Program-made: the position numbers and the translations under genes
Notes under the pieces: model-generated
What the model was told of the DNA's origin: nothing
The model's database searches: none
What the model saw: the letters and a program-made list of their open reading frames with translations, nothing else
Source: Eledone cirrhosa
Lineage: Eukaryota
Direction of reading: 5' to 3'
DNA length: 64,000 bases
Assembly: GCA_964016885.1 (NCBI GenBank)
Contig: OZ024762.1
Coordinates: forward strand, 12,772,001 to 12,836,000
Shown here: positions 43,380 to 58,836 of the stretch, piece after piece
Layout of the letters: every line of letters begins with the position of its first letter
Numbering within the stretch: position 1 is the first letter of the stretch

Positions 43380-43381
<2 letters not shown>
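43166..43381. mobile_element. Fold-back element in (TA)n, copy 2
   Basis: Inverted arms within 43166-43301 plus the same tail as copy 1. Confidence 0.85.
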
Positions 43382-43423
<42 letters not shown>

Positions 43424-43643
43424 TAGCACGTATGCACTCCTACACTAATATATACGCCACTACCCCCACCACAGACGCATATATACACTAATACATACAC
43501 ACATACACACTCATATATATATATATACATATTCACACACACACCAATATATATATACATATATATAAATCTCTCTCTCTATATATATACCAATACACAC
43601 ACACATATATATATATATATACAGATCAATATATGTATATATA

Positions 43644-43674
<31 letters not shown>

Positions 43675-44734
43675 ATCTATATATATACACACCAATATAT
43701 CTATCTCTATATATATATATATACACACCAATATATCTATCTATATCTATATATATATATATATATACACCAATATATATATATATATATATATACACAC
43801 CAATATATCTATCTATATATATATATATATACACACCAATATATCTATCTATATCTATATATATATATATATATACACACCAATATATCTATATATATAT
43901 ATACACACCAATATATCTATATATATATATATACACACCAATATATATATATATATACACACACCAATATATCTATCTCTCTCTCTATATATACAGTAAT
44001 ATCCAGTTGAATGTATTGATCTGGAAAATTCTATGTCACATTCCACAGCTATATGTCATTATACACTCTCTCTACATCACCTCCTGCCACCACCACCCCT
44101 CTCTCTACATCACCTACTCACACCACCTCTCTCTACATCACCTACTCACACCATTCCCTCACTCTATATTACCTACTCCCACTACACCTCTCTCTACATC
44201 ACCTACTCCCACCACTTTCTCACACTCTACATCACCTACTCTCACATCACCCTCTCTCTCTATATATATATATATCACCTACTTCCACCACTCCTCTCTC
44301 TACATCACCTCCTCACACCACCACTCCTCTCTACATCACCTCCTCACACCACCACTCCTCTCTACATCACCTCCTCACACCACCACCCTCTCTACATCAC
44401 CTCCTCACACCACCACCCTCTCTACATCACCTCCTCACACCACCACCCTCTCTACATCACCTCCTCACACCACCACCCTCTCTACATCACCTCCTCACAC
44501 CACCACTCTCTCTACATCACCTCACACCATCACCCATCTCTGTACTTTACCTTCTCTCACATCACCCCTCCATCTCTCTATCCTTATTACCTCACACCAT
44601 CTCTCTGCCCCCCCCCTCTCTCTACAATCCCTCAACCCTACCCTCACTTAATACCATTCTCTCTCCCTCTCTCTACTTCACCCTCCCACTCTCTTCGAGA
44701 CCACAATTTAATAACTCTCACTACCACTACAACA

Positions 44735-44790
<56 letters not shown>

Positions 44791-44926
44791 ATTATACATA
44801 CACATACACACACATACATATGCATACATACATATACATATATATATATTCATATGCATACATACATATACATATAGATACATACATATACATATAGATA
44901 CATACATATATATATATATATATATA

Positions 44927-45532
44927 TGGTGGCTGCCAACTCGTTTTCGAGTACGGCCACTACTTTATATCCATGTAGGAGAACCCCTGCCAATGCGCTG
45001 AACGAGTGTGACTTTTTAGTCCAGCCAGCGACTTGAAAACTCTGGTACAAACACTACACTTGTGACAATTATTGACACATAGTGCTGGGCCCATGGTACC
45101 ATGTGACGACAAGTGCAGAGAGATCTCCAGATATAAAGCAATGCATGTGCCGTGAAGCTTTTATAGTGAGCAAAGGCACTGCACGAAGCCAGTCCCACTC
45201 TCTTAACCAAGATGGTATTTACCAAAAAGAAGAACAAGTCAACATCATTGGATACCATCAGGGTTGCAGGTGTTATATCAGAGTTTTCCTTCTAGAATTC
45301 TGCCTTGACAAAGGCTAAGGGGTCATCTCTCCCGGTGATTTTGGATGGCCATTGACTCTTAAGAGCTCCTTTGCCCTTTGACAGGTTTTGTTTTTAGTCC
45401 TGCAGGATGTCCAAAATCACCCCCCTCACCAAGAAACCTTGGTGGGGTTGCCACTTTAGTCGCCAGCGACCCGACCATGAGACAGGTTGTACTGGGATAC
45501 ATGTTACCAGTAGCACCAACTGGTGACCTGAC
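44927..45532 (-). mobile_element. 605-bp RTE-related element, full copy 2
   Basis: Near-identical to 11467-12072, same termini. Confidence 0.85.
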
Positions 45533-46204
45533 ATATATATATATATACATACATACATACATACATATATACATACATATATATATACATACACACATAT
45601 ATATATATATACATACATATATATGCACACACTTATATATATACATACATATATATATACACACTTATATATATATATATACATACATATATACACACTT
45701 ATATATATATATATACATACATATATACACACATATATATATATATACATACATATATATATATATATATACATACATATATATATATATACACACACAT
45801 ATATATACACACACATATATATACACACACATATATATACACACACACATATATATATATATACATACATATATACATACATATATATATATAAATGTAC
45901 ATACATACATATATATATACACACACATATATATATACATATATACATATATATACATGCATACATATACATATATATACATACATATACATATATATAC
46001 ATACATATGCATATATATACATACATACATATACATATATATATATATATACATACATACATATATATATATATATACATACATATATATATATATGTAT
46101 ATACATATGCATACATACATACATATATATATACATATGCATACATACATACATATATATACATATGCATACATACATACATATATATACATATGCATAC
46201 ATAC

Positions 46205-46235
<31 letters not shown>

Positions 46236-46242
46236 ACATATG

Positions 46243-46282
<40 letters not shown>

Positions 46283-46398
46283 CATACATACATATACATA
46301 TATACATATGCATACATATATATATATATACATATGCATACATACATATATATATGCATACATACATATACATAATTACATATACATATATACATATG

Positions 46399-46446
<48 letters not shown>

Positions 46447-46770
46447 CACATATACATATATATGCATACATAAATACACACACACAAATACACACACATA
46501 TATATATACATATATATGCACATATACATACACACATCATTTTAATAGGGAGTCGACCGACCAGAGTGTACAATCCACATTCTAGTCGGCCAGCTGTGAT
46601 ACAGATCAAATGAAACGTTCAACCCGGAACATTTTACAACATTAAATATATCGAAGGCCAAATACAGTTGTATGTAGGTTTATTTCTATACCCAACATAT
46701 ACACCGGGTGAGCATAAAGTCCTCGCCCTCGTTATAAACCTTTATTATCTCTTTAGCATTTACCTTACTA

Positions 46771-48135
46771 TACTATTGTATTGTCACAGTAAAGGCTTTA
46801 CCTCACAACATTTGCATTACTCTATATATACTATTGTATTGTCACAGTAAAGGCTTTACCTCACAACATTTGCATTACTCTATATATACTATTGTATTGT
46901 CACAGTAAAGGCTTTACCTCACAACATTTGCATTACTCTATATATACTATTGTATTGTTACAGTAAAGGCTTTACCTCACAACATTTGCATTACTCTATA
47001 TATACTATTGTATTGTCACAGTAAAAGCTTTACCTCACAACATTTGCATTACTCTATATATACTATTGTATTTTCACAGTAAAGGCTTTACCTCACAACA
47101 TTTGCATTACTCTATATATACTATTGTATTTTCACAGTAAAGGCTTTACCTCACAACATTTGCATTACTCTATATATACTATTGTATTGTCACAGTAAAG
47201 GCTTTACCTCACAACATTTACATTACTCTATATATACTATTGTATTGTCACAGTAAAGGCTTTACCTCACAACATTTGCATTACTCTATATATACTATTG
47301 TATTGTCACAGTAAAGGCTTTACCTCACAACATTTGCATTACTCTATATATACTATTGTATTGTCACAGTAAAGGCTTTACCTCACAACATTTGCATTAC
47401 TCTATATATACTATTGTATTGTCACAGTAAAGGCTTTACCTCACAACATTTGCATTACTCTATATATACTATTGTATTGTCACAGTAAAGGCTTTACCTC
47501 ACAACATTTGCATTACTCTATATATACTATTGTATTGTTACAGTAAAGGCTTTACCTCACAACATTTGCATTACTCTATATATACTATTGTATTGTCACA
47601 GTAAAGGCTTTACCTCACAACATTTGCATTACTCTATATATACTATTGTATTTTCACAGTAAAGGCTTTACCTCACAACATTTGCATTACTCTATATATA
47701 CTATTGTATTTTCACAGTAAAGGCTTTACCTCACAACATTTGCATTACTCTATATATACTATTGTATTGTCACAGTAAAGGCTTTACCTCACAACATTTA
47801 CATTACTCTATATATACTATTGTATTGTCACAGTAAAAGCTTTACCTCACAACATTTGCATTACTCTATATATACTATTGTATTGTCACAGTAAAGGCTT
47901 TACCTCACAACATTTGCATTACTCTATATATACTATTGTATTGTCACAGTAAAGGCTTTACCTCACAACATTTGCATTACTCTATATATACTATTGTATT
48001 GTCACAGTAAAGGCTTTACCTCACAACATTTGCATTACTCTATATATACTATTGTATTGTCACAGTAAAGGATTTACCTCACAACATTTGCATTACTCTA
48101 TATATACTATTGTATTGTCACAGTAAAAGCTTTAC
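46771..48135. repeat. 58-bp satellite, ~23.5 copies
   Basis: TACTATTGTATTGTCACAGTAAAGGCTTTACCTCACAACATTTGCATTACTCTATATA. Confidence 0.98.
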
Positions 48136-48574
48136 CATACATACTTATCTCTCATAATATCGAATCTATGAGATTTTGATGTTATTTATTTTGAGTACAA
48201 TATCTTAACATCAGTATGAGCAGCCATGTATAGCCAGTTTGACCAGAAAAAGGTGAGAGAATTCTGGCCGTATATGGCCGGTTTAAAACATAAGCAACAC
48301 AGAAAAACAGTTTCTGGTACACTTATAACATATGTCTAGAAGTTTCTTTCATTGAGATATGAACTTCAGTGAACTTCAGCATGGGCCTCACTGGTCAATC
48401 GGAGCACATCTAAGCGATATTCAATTTCACCCTGTAGGATTTCGTTGGGGTCGATGACAAGGTAGTGTTGTTCCTAGCCAATTTCTTTATGAAAACTTTG
48501 ACAGTTGTTTGTTTAAATATTTTATACAATCTGACGAGTGCTATTGTCGACATTATTGACATGCATACTCTTAA

Positions 48575-48790
48575 CGTAGTTCTCAGGGAGACTCAGCATG
48601 ACACAATCCGTGACAAGGCTGGTCCTTTGTATTACAGGACATCTCATTTTTTTGCCAGCTGAGTGAACTGGAGCAACCTGTAATAAAGTGTCTTGCTCAA
48701 GGATACAAGTTGAAGTAAAGTGTCTTGCTTAAGGAGACAATGTGTACTAAAGTGTCTTGTTCAAGGAGACAACACACTGCTAGGAATTTA
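48575..48790 (-). mobile_element. CORE-like SINE with triplicated AAAGTGTCTTGCTCAAGGA segment
   Basis: Reverse complement reads TCCTTGAGCAAGACACTT, typical post-tRNA SINE motif. Confidence 0.7.
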
Positions 48791-48809
48791 ACGTGATGAG
48801 ACACTAAGA

Positions 48810-49440
48810 TGACAATGTCAAACATCCCAGAGACTTGCCATCTCTCCAGATTGTACAAAACACACAAATGATGGGAAATGTTTAGAAGGAATATTACAGA
48901 AGCATTAGATTCATTCTTAAAGATTCACGGCTTAAATGTAAGCCAAAGAAAAATACAAAACAGGAATCAATAGTCTAATTATCTCAGAACTAACTTATAG
49001 CTTTTGTATTCGTAAATTGACGTTTAGGAAATTAACAAGACTAGACAGAAAGAACAAAAAACAAAACAGGAGAAAATAAAATGTCCACATTTAGAATATA
49101 CGACTAAAAATCTGATATAGAAAAATTATAGTTGTCACGAATAGCAGGAGGGAGGGGTCTTATGTATCTAGAAAACTAAATAGCTTAAGTAACTACAGAA
49201 TATATGGTGATGGAGAAGAGACAATCAATCACAATGTCTCTGGCTGTCCAGTCTTTAGCTAAGACAAAATATATTTACAGATAGAAGAGACAGATTTACA
49301 GCTTTCATTCATAACATCATTATGAGATAGCAACATGTATATTTTACATTTAGAAGACATCCACACACTTTCACTAAAATATGGCAGTGAAAGATTATAA
49401 TTATCATGACTAAAAGGAGACAGGGGTATTATGCATCATA
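48810..49440 (+). mobile_element. Highly decayed R4/Dong-like non-LTR retrotransposon fragment
   Basis: Broken frames TGINSLIISELTYSF, LTRLDRK, SDIEKL*LSRIAGGRGLM in the expected order; boundaries approximate. Confidence 0.7.
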
Positions 49441-49462
49441 CAAAAAAAAATATATATATACA

Positions 49463-49543
<81 letters not shown>

Positions 49544-49840
49544 TATATATATATATATACAGTATATATATATATATATATATACAGTATATATATATAT
49601 ATATACAGTATATATATATATATATACAGTATATATATATATACAGTATATATATATATATATACAGTATATATATATATATATATATACAGTATATATA
49701 TATATATATATACAGTATATATATATATATACAGTATATATATATATATATATACAGTATATATATATATATATATACAGTATATATATATATATATATA
49801 CAGTATATATATATATACAGTATATATATATATATATACA

Positions 49841-49898
<58 letters not shown>

Positions 49899-49912
49899 TA
49901 TATATATATACA

Positions 49913-49948
<36 letters not shown>

Positions 49949-49989
49949 TATATATATATATATATATATAGTATATATATATATATACA

Positions 49990-50027
<38 letters not shown>

Positions 50028-50045
50028 TATATATATACTGTATAT

Positions 50046-50364
<319 letters not shown>

Positions 50365-50367
<3 letters not shown>

Positions 50368-50520
50368 GGACACACTAGAAGAGGAAGACCAAGGTTAACG
50401 TATGTTGATGCCCTAAGGACAGACACTGGTCTGTTGGAGACGCAGGACATGGCAGCGATAATGAGGGACAGAGACCGCTGGAGAGAACTCGTCCATGGAT
50501 CTCGGGAATAGAATAGAATA
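50365..50520 (+). mobile_element. Sense 3' end of the same RTE with (AATAG)n tail
   Basis: [43 protein letters not shown]. Confidence 0.9.
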
Positions 50521-50557
50521 TATATACAGTATATATATATATATATATATATATACA

Positions 50558-50591
<34 letters not shown>

Positions 50592-50657
50592 TATATATAT
50601 ACAGTATATATATATATATATATATAGTATTTCACAGTATTTCACAGTATTTCACTG

Positions 50658-50715
<58 letters not shown>

Positions 50716-50739
50716 CCTTCCCCAATATATCACTGGTAC

Positions 50740-50771
<32 letters not shown>

Positions 50772-50840
50772 CACCCTCCACCAATATATCACTGGTACTA
50801 TATATATATATATATATCACCCTACCCCAATATATCACTG

Positions 50841-50884
<44 letters not shown>

Positions 50885-50967
50885 CCTCCTCCTATATCAC
50901 TGGTATTTTATTATATCAACCCCAGTATTTCGCCGGTACTATATTATATTATGGGACAATGTGAGGT

Positions 50968-51095
50968 AGAAATACAAAGGGGGTACCGGGGTAGGAATAC
51001 AAAGGGGGTACCGGGTTAGGAATACAAAGGGGGTGCCGGGTTAGGAATACAAAGGGGGTGCTGGGTTAGGAATACAAAGGGAGTACCGGGGTAGA
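50968..51095. repeat. 25-bp minisatellite x5
   Basis: AGGAATACAAAGGGGGTACCGGGTT. Confidence 0.9.
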
Positions 51096-51379
51096 AGGCT
51101 GACAAACCCAAACAAAATAAAGTTCGTTGTAGCCAATATATTTCTTCTGGGTATTTCATGGTAAATCCCTTCTTTTAAATGAATGCAGAAAAAATCCCTC
51201 AAAAAACGAGGTGTTCTGTTCTCAAAAAATCTTCCGTGTGTTGTGTTGTGTGATGAACAGTTGGATTGCGCATGCTCGGAGCAGTCGACCGGATATTATG
51301 ACTACTCCGAACATGCGCAATCACAGTAGCCAATCTCCCACCCAAAACTGTTTGGCCTTGTGCCTAAATCAAAAACCAT

Positions 51380-51668
51380 TAATAATTGTTTCTACTTTTG
51401 GCACAAGGCCAGCAATTACCCCAGTGTATGACTGGTACTTTATTTTATCGACCCCGTAAGGATGAAAGGCAAAGTTAACCTTGAACTCAGAAAACCATTA
51501 ATAATGGTTTCTTATATAGGCACAAGGCCAGCAATTTTGGGGGAAGGGAAAGTCGATTAAATTGACCCCAGTGCGTGACTGGTACTTTATTTTATCGACC
51601 TTGTAAGGATGAAAGGCAAAGTTAACCTCGGCGGGATTTGAACTCAGAACGTAAAGAGCCATAACTCT
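51380..51668 (-). mobile_element. Two adjacent tRNA-SINE copies
   Basis: Two CTGGTACTTTATTTTATCGACC..GGATGAAAGGCAAAGTTAACC cores. Confidence 0.9.
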
Positions 51669-52234
51669 GTGCTGCAAACACACAAAAGTCTCCTCCACCC
51701 CACCTCAGCCCACATAACAAATGTTTTGCTGTTGGAACTGACGTTTCGAATTCTAGAAACTTATTTTCAAGTTGAATACAATTGGGAAAGAAGTTACAAT
51801 ATGTAACACCCCCACATCCACCTCCACCAACTATGCTGTTGTGTTATATCGACTGTTGATTGGCTGTAACTGTCACGTGAGTTAATCCGTGCACCATCGC
51901 GTGTATGCGTGTGTAACCCCTGCGAGTAACAGTGATTTGTGAATGGTGATGTTAACCTCCACACACAGACTAAACTGCCGGATACTCTGCCGACTGATTA
52001 GGGCTTCACATACACACATAGATACATACACACACACATTGATACATACGTAGACACACGGATATACTACCCCCCCCCTGTGTATGTCTGTCTGTATATA
52101 ACACACAAAAACACATACACACACACACGCATATATATATATAGATATATATATATATGACCTTTGGCATGTTTTTATTTCCGTTCTGATTTCAACTTCC
52201 TGCTGGGCCACAGTCTTTGTCATTGGAGAGAGAG

Positions 52235-52265
<31 letters not shown>

Positions 52266-52455
52266 GAGAGAGAGAGAGTTAGAAAGAGAGAAAGAGAGAG
52301 AGAGAGGAGGGGGAGAGAGAGAGAGAGAGGGGAGGGGGGAGAGAGTATAGTAAAGAGATTTGAGATGAACATGAAAGAGTAACATTGAAAATCAAACCTT
52401 GTGTGAATGAAATAACCTGGTTTAGACAGACAGACAGACAGACAGAGAGACATAA

Positions 52456-52518
<63 letters not shown>

Positions 52519-53244
52519 GAGACAGACAGACAGAGAGACAGACAGACAGAGAGACAGAGAGACAGACAGACAGAGAGACAGAGAGACAGACAGACAGAGA
52601 GACAGACAGACAGACAGAGAGACAGACAGACAGAGAGACAGAGAGACAGACAGACAGAGAGACAGACAGACAGAGAGACAGACAGAGAGACAGACAGACA
52701 GAGAGACAGACAGACACACACCTAGCCATACAGGCACACAGACAGACACATAGACAGACACAGACAAACGCCCACGTACACAGACACACACAAAAGTACA
52801 CGTACACACACAGTCACACACAAGAGTACATGTACACACACACTGTCACACACACAAAAGTACACGTACACACACACTGTCACACACACAAGAGTACACG
52901 TACACACACACTGTCACACACAAGAGTACACGTACACACACACTGTCACACACAAGAGTACACGTACACACACACTGTCACACACACAAGAGTACATGTA
53001 CACACACACCGTCACACACACAAGAGTACATGTACACACACAGACACACACACAAGAGTACACGTACACACACACTGTCACACACACAAGAGTACATGTA
53101 CACACACTGGTGACAAGAATACCTTCCAATTCGTACAAAACTAAAGCAAATTTGTAGGAAAGTGCTCAATGGAATATTTAAAAGGAATTACAGAATTTAG
53201 GTGTTATGACCGTCTATGATATAAAAATAGTTACACCCCCATAC

Positions 53245-53278
<34 letters not shown>

Positions 53279-53375
53279 AGTGTAAATATATTACTCACCA
53301 GAGTACTCAATACTAGGGGTAGTAGAGTATGGTTATTAGGAACGGCAAGAGCTCAGCCGTCGGGATCTTGATTCA

Positions 53376-53433
<58 letters not shown>

Positions 53434-53456
53434 CATAAGAAGCATACACATACTCA

Positions 53457-53490
<34 letters not shown>

Positions 53491-54064
53491 GCAACTAAAC
53501 AACCTGCTATATTGGACTAAAGACCAACAAACTATGATACTCTAACAGAATCATCAAACGTCCAATATTGAATCGTCGTGGATTATGTGAGGGGCATATA
53601 ATCTAGATATTACGCTCTCTGGACTGTGAAAATGGTGTTGTACACGAAAACCGTATCATCGCTTTGCTACACATTTCTAATATTTTTAATATTTATAATA
53701 TTTCTCTACACACAAGCTTCTATAACATTCATATAAAAGATACATTACCCGCTTAAAGTGCTTGTATTACATGTAACACCCTGCCGCACTATAATATTAT
53801 AAATAAGACACACGTGCTTGCCACACGTGTAACTATTTCACACAATAACTGCTTCTGACTATCCTATCGCATTAATTTCATGTTGTATTTTAACATTAAT
53901 TTTTAATTTTATCCTCCTTTGATATGAATGTAATATTTAAATGTATACTGCCACGCTAAATGTTATAATGGATGTCGACCCACCAAGCAACAATATATGT
54001 ATATGTATCTGTATGTCTCTTGGGTTGAAAAGGAGGTCATATATGTGATCATTCATTAATAAAT

Positions 54065-54111
54065 TGCTCCGAAGAATCCAAACCTCGGTTTGGAGGAAAC
54101 AATTGTAAGCA
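54065..54111 (+). ncRNA. Hammerhead motif with U4C core variant
   Basis: TGCT-CCGAAGA-A TCCAAAC ctcg GTTTGGA G-GAAA-CAATTG-TA-AGCA. Confidence 0.65.
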
Positions 54112-54231
54112 TATAAATGATTTGAACAGAACTTTGATTCTTATAACTTATATATATATATATATCTATCTCTCTCTATATATATAGTGACGAAACATAA
54201 GTCAATTGCATGAAATCATAATCCTTTATTT

Positions 54232-54287
54232 ACTGCTATATATATTTCGATGATAGCCATTGAATGGCTATGACCTCATCAGGCAGT
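54232..54287 (-). ncRNA. Type I hammerhead ribozyme, same sequence as 38978-39033, in element 54188-54418
   Basis: Same 56-nt motif. Confidence 0.85.
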
Positions 54288-54683
54288 TAGTCAGTTCTTA
54301 GATATGGCAGCTCTGTGTTTATGGTGTTGATGGTATCAGAGCCTTGGGACATATATCTTCGTTGAGTGCTCCCTATCCGCATACTGAAGTACTGGATTTT
54401 ACCAACACTCTCTTGCTTATATATATATATATATATATATACTTATTAACCTGTTCCAGCTATCCAGCTGAGGCCATGCTGGGGCACCACCCTTATATAT
54501 ATATAATTTGCCTAAAAGCATAACATGTCTCTACCTGTTTCATTATATCCAAATTTGGACTGGAATGAGTGGTATCGACCTTAATAACCGAAACCATAGT
54601 GATTTCCAGAGTTTGACTGAGAAGATGGGATTGTCACTCTTATGGTTGTTTTTTTTTCATTGTCCTTGTCCTGTGCGATTTTG

Positions 54684-54720
<37 letters not shown>

Positions 54721-54825
54721 TCACTCTAGGTCTACAGATAAGTGCATGTGTAGATATATAGATATGTATTATATGCATGCATATATACGCTCACACACAC
54801 ATTTGTACATATACACACATAAATA

Positions 54826-54879
<54 letters not shown>

Positions 54880-54904
54880 GTATATATATGCACACACATA
54901 AATA

Positions 54905-54948
<44 letters not shown>

Positions 54949-54990
54949 GTATATATATGCACACACATAAATATATACATGGATATATGC

Positions 54991-55023
<33 letters not shown>

Positions 55024-56264
55024 CATATATAGTGAGAGAAAATGAGAAAGCATGATAGAGGGGTGCCTTCGTTTGATGTTAGAAGTTCAATGGGTATGTG
55101 AGTGGTGGTGGTAGGTGGTGGTGGTGGTAGGAGGTGGTAGGTGGTGGTGGTGGGAGGTGGTAGGTGGTGGTAGGAGGTGGTAGGTGGTGGTGGTGGGAGG
55201 TGGTAGGTGGTGGTGGCAGGAGGGGAGCTTACTAACACTCCCTGACTCTCTCTGTCTCTCTCTGTCCGTCTGTCCTCTCTGTCTCCTTTCTCTTTCTTCC
55301 TCTGCATTGTCACCCCTCCCCCCCACAGCCACCCCATCCCCACCATCACGCCCAGCTTCCTCTCTCCTCTCCCCTCTCCCTCCTTCCTACTCCTTTATCT
55401 TGATCAAACCATACTAGGTCAGATAATGTTAGTGCTAGAAGTATTATCTCCTCCACCATCATCATCATCATCACCTCCATCATCATCACCTACATCACCC
55501 TAATTATCATCATCATTATCATCATTATCATTGTCACAATCGTTATCTTCCTCCTCCCCACATCATCATCATCATCATCACCACAACCACCATCATCATT
55601 AGTGAATCAGCTGCTGTTATATGACAAGATGAAAGGGAGAGAGAGTGTGTGAGAGAGAGAAAGAGAGAGAGTGTGAGAGGAAAGGAGAGTGTGAGAGGGA
55701 GTGAGACGGTGTGAGAGGAAAGGAGAGTGTGAGAGGGAGTGAGACGGAGTGAGAGGGAGAGGGGGAGAGAGAGAGAGAGGGAAAGGGAGAGTGATAGGGA
55801 GAGGGAGAGTGAGGGAGAGTGAGAGTGAGGGAGAGTGATAGGGAGGGAGAGGGAGAGGGAGAGTGAGAGGGAGAGTGAGAGGGAGAGTGAGAGAGAGTGA
55901 GAGAGGGAAAGGGAGAGTGAGAGGGAGAGTGAGAGAGTGAGAGAGGGAAAGGGAGAGTGATAGGGAGAGGGAGAGTGAGAGGGAGAGTGAGAGGGAGAGT
56001 GAGAGGGAGAGTGAGAGGGAGAGTGAGAGAGAGTGAGAGAGGGAGAGAGAGTGAGAGAGTGAGAGAGGGAGAGAGAGTGAGAGAGGGAGAGAGAGATATA
56101 TACACGACATGACAACAACGTGTTTAGTTTCACACATACACACACACATATATATACGCACAAACACACATACACACACATGCATACACACAAACACATA
56201 TACACACAAACCCACATATATACACATACACAAACACAAATATATATGTATAGACAAACACACC

Positions 56265-56315
<51 letters not shown>

Positions 56316-56451
56316 GTATACACATACATAAACCTACACACGTATTCATAGACACACACGTACATATATACATACACACACACCGACAATCCCTCCACCG
56401 CCACATTAAGTGGATGTCGGGAGGTGGCGGGGATTTTAATTGTTGTTGTCA

Positions 56452-56483
<32 letters not shown>

Positions 56484-56920
56484 ACTGTTATTATTGCTAT
56501 TATTATTGGTCTTGTTGTTATTGTTGTTGTTTAGCCCCAGGTAATCTCTGACCGAGATAAAACCAGGATCACAGACAGACTAACCAAACTCCCTGTTTAT
56601 CTCCAGGTATGGTGTATCAAGGACTACACAATCTAATGTTTACCATGTTTAAAGACAATCAGTATCCAGAGAGTGTCATTTGAGGATCCTTTCACTGCTA
56701 TTTCTAGCATATAAGTTGAGCACAAAGAGGTTATTTCATTAGTTCTTCAAGGTATGTTTTGCCTGTCGTTATAAGCTTTGTAGTTCTGGCTATACGGTTG
56801 TTGTTGTTGTTGTTGTTGTTGTTGCCTCTCTGTCCGAGAATTGAACCCACAAACTTAAGATCTTCAGCTCAACTCGATAACCACTAAATCTTGCGTCTAA
56901 GTGAGGCTTTAGATTTAAAT

Positions 56921-57910
56921 TTAACCCCCATGATATCAAATGAAACCGCCTGAAACTGTTCCTGGTTTTATGATAAAACTTTGTTTTAAAGTGTTTATAT
57001 TTGTCTAAAAAAACCTTCCATCATAATTTTATGTAAGGACCTTTGTTAAGTTATGTTCCAAACAATCCCGGTTCTATGATTCAAAACTATATTTTAAAGT
57101 GTTTATCTAAAACCTGTTTATAATTTTATGTAAGGACCTTTGTTAAGTTATGTTCCAAACAATCCCGGTTCTATGATTCAAAACTATATTTTAAAGTGTT
57201 TATCTAAAACCTGTTTATAATTTTATGAAAGAACTTTTGTTAAATAATTGTTTCCACTGTAGGCACAAGGCCAGCAATTACCCAGTGCATTACTGGTACT
57301 TTATTTTATCGACCCCGTAAGGATGAAAGGCAAAGTCAACCTCGGCGGGATTTGAACTCAGATCGTAAAGGGACGTAACTATGCTGGAAAGCATGGCGTC
57401 CGACCCTCTACTGATACTATTTTCAAAATGTTTTGAGAATAGCAATAGCTGGAGGTTTAACCCTGCGATAAACTGGCGTCCTGTCCAGTGCGAAGTCTTA
57501 TACTCGCAGTCGCTTCACGTCATGAAACCGGGATAAATACCGGCAAAATGAGCCTTCTGGCTTAAGACAGACTTTAGTCTTAGACTCTAGACCTTTGTTA
57601 AGTTATGTTCCAAACACCAGCTTAATGATTAGTTATAAATATATTACTAAATCCTTCCAAATTCTTGATTATTTTCAAAATAATTTGAGAATAATATGCA
57701 GTCTTTCATTAGAAATATGGCAACAAAGAGTTTTAAGTATTTATATTTATTTAAAAAAAACCCTCCATTATAATTATAATTAAGAACCTTTGTTAAGTTA
57801 TATTCCAAAAAATACCAGCTTAATGAGAAAGATAGTTATGTAGCCGTCCAAATTCTTGATCATTTTCAAATATAATTTAAACATAATAGGCAGTATCTTT
57901 TATAAGAAAT
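56921..57910. mobile_element. piggyBac-like MITE remnants with internal duplications and nested SINEs
   Basis: Starts TTAA-CCCC; ~85-bp duplication 57024-57230; boundaries uncertain. Confidence 0.45.
57243..57418 (-). mobile_element. tRNA-derived SINE
   Basis: Reverse complement of the 58837 family. Confidence 0.9.
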
Positions 57911-58176
57911 AGAATTAACCTGTCCCCCAGTTTAACATCATTACATGGCCTCAGGGAGATTTTGTGAGACTACACTTTGAAAAAGGGGTCAGATCTGAGG
58001 ATAAGGTACATATATATATATATACATGTATGGTATGGTATGATATGGTATGGTATATTCCCGTAAATCCTGAGGGAGAGGTTGGTGGACCTTGGTGATA
58101 TTCGGCGTTTCTAGGACATCTTTTAAAACCTGGCAGAGACCATATTCTCTCCAGGTGTGAATACAGTAGATGTCTT

Positions 58177-58247
<71 letters not shown>

Positions 58248-58777
58248 CCAGCTGTAGAAACTAAGGTAAAATAAATTCTGTATGTGCAAGACACAGTAAT
58301 CTGACCTCACAACGGAACAACTCGTCTAACCCATGCTAGCGTGGAAAAATGGACATTAAACGGCAATGATATATATATATATATATATATATAATTAGAA
58401 TGCTATATATGTGTATACGTATGCATACTTTCATATATATATATATATAAAGAATGAATAATAACAGGTAGACATCATAAAAAGGTAATTTATTCCGTGT
58501 GCTTACAAATGTTTCCACGGTGGTACTACAGCCTAGTTATGCTATGTGCAAATTTACAAGTATTTGCAGAACTCAAATATCCAATGCTGTGACCACTGTA
58601 TCCTCAGAGCAGAATGGTTATAATTCATTCTTTATATACACTCCGGAATACAGAAGGATCAGGAAATAAGTTTCTCCAACAATTCTTCCATAACTCGTAG
58701 AGTAACCTCTCACCGTACGTCAACCATATCTAGTGTAGTAATTAACCATTACTACATCTTGGGTAATCCTATACCTA

Positions 58778-58809
<32 letters not shown>

Positions 58810-58836
58810 CAGATGAAACGGCTATCGTTATAATAA

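Noticed and set aside
51736-51773. Minus-strand hammerhead relic AACT-TGAAAA...CGAAACGTC-AGTT
   Set aside because: Catalytic core mutated; counted only as a decayed relic
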